This document shows, piece after piece, positions 57,818 to 64,000 of a stretch of DNA of 64,000 nt. The position numbers and the translations under genes are program-made. The stretch is taken from positions 12,662-76,661 of the forward strand of contig JAFVPB010000044.1 in assembly GCA_017505525.1 (NCBI GenBank). The letters are read 5' to 3'. The notes under the pieces were generated by a model. It had not been told where the DNA came from and made no database searches. It saw only the letters and a list, made by a program, of their open reading frames with translations. Source of the DNA: Clostridia bacterium. GTDB lineage: Bacteria > Bacillota > Clostridia > UMGS1883. Position 1 is the stretch's first letter, and every line of letters starts with the position of its first letter.

Positions 57818-59994
57818 TCATCCTTAGTTAATTTAGCATACAATCCCAGAAGATTTTTTGTTCCTACAGATTCAAAAGCAATCTCATAATGAACATCGTT
57901 TCCTACGGGAGAAGCGGAAATAATAATTCCACGTCCGAATTTTTTGTGAATTACACTATCCCCTGTTTTAAACACCTCTCCACTAGTCTTTGGTGGTGAG
58001 GGTTGCGAAGAAAATCCAAACAAAGAACTTTCCGGAGTATATGTGCTTGCCTTTGCTTGCGGAATGGTATATTCAGTCACATTTTTACGCGAGTCTGTTA
58101 CATCAAGGATACTTGCAGGAATTTCATCAAGAAATCTTGATGGATTATATGGTGATGTTTTCCCGTAAACCATTCTGCGGTATGCGCAAGTGATATAAAG
58201 AAGCTGACGCGCTCTTGTTATACTTACATAACAAAGTCTTCTTTCCTCTTCAACCTCTTCAGGGTTAAACATACTCATCGAACTAGGAAAAAGTCCCTCA
58301 TCAAATCCGCAGATAAAAACAACGGGAAACTCAAGACCTTTTGAAGAGTGCATCGTCATAAGCACTGCAGCATCAATTTCCTCATCGTAATTATCTATAT
58401 CACTTACAAGAGCCAGATTATCCATATACTCTTCAAAGCTTGGATTTTCCGAGGTTTCAACATAGCTTGCGGCGCCACTTATAAGCTCGCCAACGTTTTC
58501 CATACGCTCCTGAGCTTTCTCGTCAGTTTCAAGGAATGCTCTGTAGCGCGTTTTTTCATAAATTGATTCAACTAAATTATCAATAGATAATTTTTCAGCA
58601 TCTTCTATAAGTTCAGCTATAAGATTATAAAACTGGCATAAATTATCACTGAATTCACCAAGATGATTTTTTATAGTTTCAAGAAGTGATGTATTCTCGC
58701 GAGTTGCAACCGCACTCAAGTTATCAAGCGTTACTTTTCCTATTTTTCTTGATGGAGTGTTTATAATACGCCTGAAGCTTAAATCATCGTGAGGATTTTT
58801 TACAAGCCTTAGGTAAGCAATCATATCGCGGATTTCCTTGCGGTCGTAGAATCTTAAGCCTGAAAGAACGCGATACGGAAGTGCCTTACGCATAAAAACA
58901 TCTTCTAGGCTGCGCGATGACGCATTTGCTCTGTATAAAACTGCCATATCGCTATATTTATATCCATCACGACTAAGTTGATTCATTTTATCTGCAATAA
59001 ATTCTGCTTCGTCGTAATCGCCTTCAGCTTTATACACGTTAATTTTTTGCCCGCTTCCCTGGTCTGTCCAAAGGCGCTTTCCTTTTCTTCCGCTGTTATT
59101 TTTAATAACATTGTTTGCAGCATCAAGAATATTCTGTGTTGAACGGTAATTCTGCTCAAGCCTTATAACGCATGCATCACTGAATGCCTTTTCAAAATCA
59201 AGAATATTTGTTATATCTGCACCGCGGAATTTATAAATACTTTGGTCGTCATCGCCAACAACGCACAGATTTCTGTGCTCTTTAGCAAGCATTATAATTA
59301 ACTCATTCTGTGCCTTATTTGTATCCTGATATTCGTCTACAAGTATATAGCGGAATTTATTCTGATAATAGGTTAAAACATCGGGGGCTTCTTTAAAAAG
59401 TCTTACAGTGAGCATAATCAAATCATCAAAATCGAGGTCGTTTGATACTTCAAGTTTCTTTTGATAAAGCTCGTAAATACGGGCAATTTGCCCTTTTCTG
59501 AAATCGGTATAAAACTCCGCTTTATACTCTGCGGGCGTTAAAAGCTTGTCCTTAGCAGAGGAAATTTCACTCATTATTGCTTTTGGTGGAAATTCCTTTT
59601 CTTCAAAACGAAGCTCTTTAAGACACTCTTTTACAAGGCTTTTCTGGTCGTCCGCATCAATTATATTAAAGCTGCGATTATATCCTATTCTATCGATATC
59701 GCGCCTGAGTATTTTTACGCATGCCGAATGGAACGTGCGCACCCACATATCCTGCGCTGCCTCACCAATAAGTGATTCCACACGTTCTGCCATTTCCTTC
59801 GCCGCTTTATTTGTAAATGTAATCGCAAGAATATTCCACGGCGCTACATTATTCTTTTCAATAAGATATGCAATTCTGTGAGTAAGAACGCGCGTCTTTC
59901 CACTGCCTGCACCCGCAAGGACTAACAAAGGGCCGTCAGTTGTGGTAACGGCCTTTTGTTGCATATCATTTAGTTTTTCTAAAAGATTATTCAT
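57814..59994 (-). CDS. pcrA: ATP-dependent DNA helicase PcrA/UvrD
   Basis: Helicase motif I AGAGSGKTRVLTHR, motif II DEYQDT and the rest of the SF1 motif set. Confidence 0.9.
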   Translation of the reverse strand: MNNLLEKLNDMQQKAVTTTDGPLLVLAGAGSGKTRVLTHRIAYLIEKNNVAPWNILAITFTNKAAKEMAERVESLIGEAAQDMWVRTFHSACVKILRRDIDRIGYNRSFNIIDADDQKSLVKECLKELRFEEKEFPPKAIMSEISSAKDKLLTPAEYKAEFYTDFRKGQIARIYELYQKKLEVSNDLDFDDLIMLTVRLFKEAPDVLTYYQNKFRYILVDEYQDTNKAQNELIIMLAKEHRNLCVVGDDDQSIYKFRGADITNILDFEKAFSDACVIRLEQNYRSTQNILDAANNVIKNNSGRKGKRLWTDQGSGQKINVYKAEGDYDEAEFIADKMNQLSRDGYKYSDMAVLYRANASSRSLEDVFMRKALPYRVLSGLRFYDRKEIRDMIAYLRLVKNPHDDLSFRRIINTPSRKIGKVTLDNLSAVATRENTSLLETIKNHLGEFSDNLCQFYNLIAELIEDAEKLSIDNLVESIYEKTRYRAFLETDEKAQERMENVGELISGAASYVETSENPSFEEYMDNLALVSDIDNYDEEIDAAVLMTMHSSKGLEFPVVFICGFDEGLFPSSMSMFNPEEVEEERRLCYVSITRARQLLYITCAYRRMVYGKTSPYNPSRFLDEIPASILDVTDSRKNVTEYTIPQAKASTYTPESSLFGFSSQPSPPKTSGEVFKTGDSVIHKKFGRGIIISASPVGNDVHYEIAFESVGTKNLLGLYAKLTKDE

Positions 59995-59995
59995 T

Positions 59996-60940
59996 TTATT
60001 TTAACTCAATTGCTTTCTTCACATTTTCTGCAATGTTTTCAGCTGAAAGTCCGTATTCCTTTAATAAGTCGTACGGATTACCACTCTTACCGAAAACATC
60101 CTGTGTGCCCACTCTGAGAACGGGAACAGGGCAATTTTCAGCTACAACTTCAGCCACAGCACTACCAAGTCCGCAATATACATTGTGTTCTTCAGCAGTA
60201 ACAATAGCACCTGTATTCTTAGCAGCCTTAACAATAATATCCTTATCGATAGGCTTAATTGTATGTATGTTAACAACAGCAGCATCAATACCTTCTGCTT
60301 TAAGAAGTTCTCTTGCTTCAAGTGCATAAGGAACCATAAGGCCTGTTGCAACAATTGTTGCATCTTTTCCTTCTGCAAGCTGAACGCCCTTGCCTATTTC
60401 AAACTTATAATCGTTTTCATCAAATATCTGCGGTACGGGAAGACGACCAAATCTGAGATATACAGGTCCGTTATACTTAACCGCTGCTTCAACTGCTGCC
60501 ATAGCTTCAACGTGATCTGCAGGGTTAATGATTACCATACCGGGGATAGTTCTCATAATACCGATATCTTCAAGGCACTGATGTGTTGCACCATCTTCAC
60601 CAACAGAAATACCTGCATGAGTTGCACCGATTTTCACATTAAGCTTAGGATAACCAACAGAGTTTCTGATTTGTTCGAAAGCACGTCCTGCAGCAAACAT
60701 CGCAAACGAGCTTGCAAAAACAACCTTGCCTGTTGAAGCTATACCTGCAGCTGTAGAAATCATATTTCCTTCAGCAATACCTGTGTTGATAAATCTTTCG
60801 GGAAACTTCTTTTTAAAAGTATCTGTTTTTGTAGACTTTGATAAGTCTGCATCCATTACAACAATATCATATTTTCCTCCAAGCTCAGCAAGAGCCATAC
60901 CGTAGCTTTCACGAGTTGCTTTTTTATCTCCAATAGCCAT
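59996..60940 (-). CDS. transketolase, C-terminal (pyrimidine-binding/C-terminal domain) subunit
   Basis: 314 aa, homologous to the second half of Tkt. It is paired with the N-terminal subunit gene upstream. Confidence 0.85.
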   Translation of the reverse strand: MAIGDKKATRESYGMALAELGGKYDIVVMDADLSKSTKTDTFKKKFPERFINTGIAEGNMISTAAGIASTGKVVFASSFAMFAAGRAFEQIRNSVGYPKLNVKIGATHAGISVGEDGATHQCLEDIGIMRTIPGMVIINPADHVEAMAAVEAAVKYNGPVYLRFGRLPVPQIFDENDYKFEIGKGVQLAEGKDATIVATGLMVPYALEARELLKAEGIDAAVVNIHTIKPIDKDIIVKAAKNTGAIVTAEEHNVYCGLGSAVAEVVAENCPVPVLRVGTQDVFGKSGNPYDLLKEYGLSAENIAENVKKAIELK

Positions 60941-60960
60941 AGTTACACATTCCTTTCAAA

Positions 60961-61794
60961 TTATTCTGCTTCATCTTCTGCAATTGCTGCATCAAGTTCA
61001 GCCATTGCCTGATTATACTGTTCTTCATTAGGAGCACTTCCATGCCATGAAGCCTGATTTTCCATAAATGAAACGCCCTTACCTTTAATGCTCTTGGCAA
61101 TAATTATAGTAGGCTTACCCTTTGTTTTCTGAGCTTCATCAATAGCGTTTCTTATTTCATCGTAGTTGTGAGCATCAATAGTGATAACATTCCAGTTAAA
61201 CGCCTTAAACTTTTCATCGATAGGATTTGAGTCCATAACGTCTGTGATGTTACCATCAATCTGTAAACCATTGAAATCAAGGAATGCCGTAATATTGTCA
61301 AGCTTGTAGTGAGCGGCAAACATAGCTGCTTCCCAAACCTGGCCTTCTTCAATTTCACCATCGCCTAAAATAGCATATACGCGATAGTCTTTTTTATCAA
61401 GCTTTGCGCTAAGCGCCATACCGTTTGCAGCTGAAATACCCTGACCCAAAGAACCTGTCGACATATCTACGCCGGGGATTGCTTTCATATCGGGATGACC
61501 CTGCATAATGCTGTCGATCTGGCGAAGAGTTTCACACTGTTCAATCGGGAAATATCCTCTTTCACCAAGTATAGCATAAAGAATGGGCGCGCAATGACCC
61601 TTTGAAAGAACAAATCTGTCGCGATTTGGGTCTTTAGGGTCTGCGGGGTTAATATTCATCTTTTCGAAATAAAGAACAGATAAAATATCAGCTATTGATA
61701 AGCTTCCGCCCGGATGACCAGATTTTGCATTGTAGATGCCCTTTATTGCATATTTTCTTGCTCTGTCGGCATGCAATTTTGTTACGTTTGACAT
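60961..61794 (-). CDS. transketolase, N-terminal (TPP-binding) subunit
   Basis: GHPGGSLS and the TPP motif GDG..EG...E. Confidence 0.85.
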   Translation of the reverse strand: MSNVTKLHADRARKYAIKGIYNAKSGHPGGSLSIADILSVLYFEKMNINPADPKDPNRDRFVLSKGHCAPILYAILGERGYFPIEQCETLRQIDSIMQGHPDMKAIPGVDMSTGSLGQGISAANGMALSAKLDKKDYRVYAILGDGEIEEGQVWEAAMFAAHYKLDNITAFLDFNGLQIDGNITDVMDSNPIDEKFKAFNWNVITIDAHNYDEIRNAIDEAQKTKGKPTIIIAKSIKGKGVSFMENQASWHGSAPNEEQYNQAMAELDAAIAEDEAE

Positions 61795-61806
61795 AAAAAT
61801 TCACTC

Positions 61807-62238
61807 CTATAATATATTTAACATTTTTTCATAAGCAATATTTAAAATTTCATTCAACCGTTGCGTTTGATTAGATATATATAAGCTTCCAATCAAAACC
61901 TCAAAGCCGGTAGCAGTATGGTAATCTTTAACGTTTGCATTTTTGGGTACCGAAACACTTTTTGCATTTTTGCCCCATTTTATCAAATAAACCTCTTTTT
62001 CAGTTAAAAATGGTTCAATCATCGTTACACACTTTGCCTGTGCCGATGCGTTAACAAACTTTACCGCTTCCTTGTGCATATTGGTTACTTGTTTATTCCC
62101 TTTTTCAAGTATCTTTGTTCTTATAAAAAGGTCGTAAACAGTATCACCAATATATGCAACCGCTAAAGGATTATACTCTGCCGAAGAAAGTGTTTTATCA
62201 CTAAAAAGCATTTTTATCCCTACTTTTCTATTTTCCAT
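61807..62238 (-). CDS. mrnC: mini-ribonuclease III
   Basis: The AYIGDTVYDLFIRT RNase-III signature, a length of about 140 aa, and the conserved cysS-mrnC adjacency. The start may instead be Met10 (62211) just after the cysS stop. Confidence 0.8.
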   Translation of the reverse strand: MENRKVGIKMLFSDKTLSSAEYNPLAVAYIGDTVYDLFIRTKILEKGNKQVTNMHKEAVKFVNASAQAKCVTMIEPFLTEKEVYLIKWGKNAKSVSVPKNANVKDYHTATGFEVLIGSLYISNQTQRLNEILNIAYEKMLNIL

Positions 62239-63608
62239 TTAACTCCATCTGGAGTGTCTTCAAGCACAATTCCGCGCGCCTTAAGATCATCACGGATTTT
62301 ATCTGCAAGTGCCCAGTCCTTATTTTTGCGAGCCTCTGTGCGCTGTGCTATAAGAGCTTCAATTTCTTCATCAAGGGATTGCTTCTTTGTGTTTTTAAGA
62401 AGGCCCAAAACTCCGCCAAGCTCAAGTATCATATTCTTCATATATTCAATATCTTCTTGTGAAGGTTTTTCGGTACTGTTTGCAAATCTTACAGCTTCGA
62501 ATATTGAAGAAATTGCATCGGCAGTATTTAAATCGTCTTCCATTGCAGCTATAAACTTATCACGCATTGAATCCATATACGCCTTAATTTCATCATTAAG
62601 ACCTGCGCTTTCTGCTTTATCATATATGAATTCAAGATTATCAATACAGTTGTATATTCTGTCAAGTCCGTTCTTTGCTGCATCCATAAGTTCATCACAG
62701 AAGTTTATAGGGCTTCTGTAGTGAGCTGAAAGCATAAAGAATCTGATAACCTCGTAATCATATTTTTCAGCAATATCACGAACTGTAAAGAAATTTCCAA
62801 GAGATTTCGACATTTTCTCGTTATTTACATTAATAAAGCCATTGTGCATCCAGTAGTTAGCAAACGGTGCATCGTTTGCACACACGCTCTGTGCTATTTC
62901 GTTTTCGTGATGCGGGAAAATCAAATCAAATCCGCCACTGTGAATATCGATTGTATGCCCGAGATAACGGTTAACCATAGCGGTACATTCAATATGCCAA
63001 CCGGGTCTGCCAATTCCCCAAGGGCTTTCCCAACCGATTTCGTCTTCTGTTTTGCGCTTTTTCCACAATGCAAAATCCATTGGATGATGCTTTTTATCGT
63101 CAAGCTCTTTTCTTACTCCTGTTTCAAGGTCGTCAAGCTTTTGCTGGCTGAGTTTACCATAATCCTTATAGCTTTCAACAGAGAAATAAACATCTCCGTC
63201 CACCTCGTAGGCGTGTCCCTTATCAATAAGCGTCTGAACTGTTTCTATAATTGCATCAATATTTTCTGTTGCCTTTGGATGAACCGTTGCTTTCTTTATT
63301 CCAAGAGCCTCAGCATCTATAAAATATTCTTTTATATATTTTTCAGCTATTTCAGGAACAGTTGAGTTTTCCTCACGCGCTTTATTTATGAGTTTATCAT
63401 CAACATCTGTGAAATTCTGAACAAATTTCACTTCATATCCTCTGTATTCAAAAAACTGACGAAGGCAATCAAATACTATAAAAGGACGGGCATTGCCCAA
63501 ATGAAAATAATTGTATACGGTAGGTCCACATGAATACATTTTCACCTCACCCGGAGTTATAGGTTTGAATTCTTCTTTCTGGCGTGTAAGCGTATTATAA
63601 AGCTTCAT
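62220..63608 (-). CDS. cysS: cysteine--tRNA ligase
   Basis: HIGH motif (HLGNAR), KMSKS, and a zinc-binding Cys. Confidence 0.95.
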   Translation of the reverse strand: MKLYNTLTRQKEEFKPITPGEVKMYSCGPTVYNYFHLGNARPFIVFDCLRQFFEYRGYEVKFVQNFTDVDDKLINKAREENSTVPEIAEKYIKEYFIDAEALGIKKATVHPKATENIDAIIETVQTLIDKGHAYEVDGDVYFSVESYKDYGKLSQQKLDDLETGVRKELDDKKHHPMDFALWKKRKTEDEIGWESPWGIGRPGWHIECTAMVNRYLGHTIDIHSGGFDLIFPHHENEIAQSVCANDAPFANYWMHNGFINVNNEKMSKSLGNFFTVRDIAEKYDYEVIRFFMLSAHYRSPINFCDELMDAAKNGLDRIYNCIDNLEFIYDKAESAGLNDEIKAYMDSMRDKFIAAMEDDLNTADAISSIFEAVRFANSTEKPSQEDIEYMKNMILELGGVLGLLKNTKKQSLDEEIEALIAQRTEARKNKDWALADKIRDDLKARGIVLEDTPDGVKWKIEK

Positions 63609-63612
63609 AACA

Positions 63613-64000
63613 TCAATCCTTTCTTCCGTCTGTCTTTAATGCTTCTATCTCTTTTGTTAGTTTATCAATTTTAGCCTGAAGCCTGCAAAATTCCTGACTT
63701 ACAGGGTCGGGAATGTGAACCTGGTCAAGGTCGTTAACTCTCTTAGAGCCGCGTTTTACCACTCTTGCAGGAACGCCAACACAAGTGCTGTCGGTTTCTA
63801 TTTCTGTAAGAACAACGGCATTTGCAGCCACCTTTGAGTTGTCGCCAACTTTGAACGGCCCAAGTATTTTTGCACCTGCCCCCACCATTACATTGTTTCC
63901 CAATGTTGGATGACGCTTTCCGGTATCCTTTCCTGTACCGCCAAGTGTAACTCCCTGATATATTGTGCAGTCATCTCCTATAACTGTAGTTTCTCCGATT
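63613..64000 (-). CDS. cysE: serine O-acetyltransferase, C-terminal part (N-terminus beyond window end)
   Basis: Left-handed beta-helix hexapeptide repeats (GDDCTIYQGVTLGGTGK..., GNNVMVGAGAKILG) continue in frame to the window edge. Confidence 0.85.
   Translation of the reverse strand, partial: IGETTVIGDDCTIYQGVTLGGTGKDTGKRHPTLGNNVMVGAGAKILGPFKVGDNSKVAANAVVLTEIETDSTCVGVPARVVKRGSKRVNDLDQVHIPDPVSQEFCRLQAKIDKLTKEIEALKTDGRKD

Noticed and set aside
59996-61794. Transketolase as a disrupted or pseudogenised gene
   Set aside because: Both halves are full length, each with its own start and RBS and a 20-nt gap. A split tkt is the native arrangement in many Clostridia and archaea.

Overview
This 64 kb window is a chromosomal segment from a low-GC, spore-forming Firmicute (Clostridia-like). 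The evidence for that is the AT-rich coding sequence, an alpha/beta-type SASP, LysM/YkuD spore-type proteins, SLH-domain wall proteins, an IspH-S1 fusion and a split transketolase. Most of the window is core genome. It carries ruvCAB, smc-ftsY, pcrA, the cysE-cysS-mrnC block, tktAB, cmk, plsC, ispH/rpsA and the TrmR/TrhP tRNA-modification pair. It also carries a tryptophan-type T-box leader in front of a solitary trpB, and a zinc-type locus with a ZnuA-like SBP divergent from two COG0523 GTPases with a Fur-family box. There is a non-phosphorylative sugar-acid catabolic operon, cell-wall genes (amidase, PAP2, TagA) and SOS genes. The SOS genes are lexA with a Cheo box, a YneA-like LysM division inhibitor 20 kb away carrying its own tandem LexA boxes, and a truncated Y-family polymerase. 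No rRNA, tRNA, CRISPR array or prophage was found. The least conventional part is 1.9-4.7 kb. There, a conserved promoter/leader module occurs three times, in front of glsA, in front of a small SLH-anchored protein and in front of a cytoplasmic nucleoside 2-deoxyribosyltransferase-like protein. Two of the copies sit on MITE-like elements with 13-bp terminal inverted repeats. A GC-rich run of short perfect palindromes lies between the first copy and glsA. Immediately downstream, roughly 4.7-13.5 kb looks like one 11-gene minus-strand operon. It joins a GldAFG-type ABC exporter with DUF4340, an AI-2E transporter, two membrane zinc-ribbon proteins, a Cys-motif protein, a J-domain/TPR co-chaperone, TraX and DUF1653. 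I know of no described system matching that combination. Other unexplained items are an 89-nt nested-palindrome element between convergent genes at 52.3 kb and three apparently unannotated small ORFs. All calls come from reading the sequence and the supplied six-frame translations; I could run no searches.
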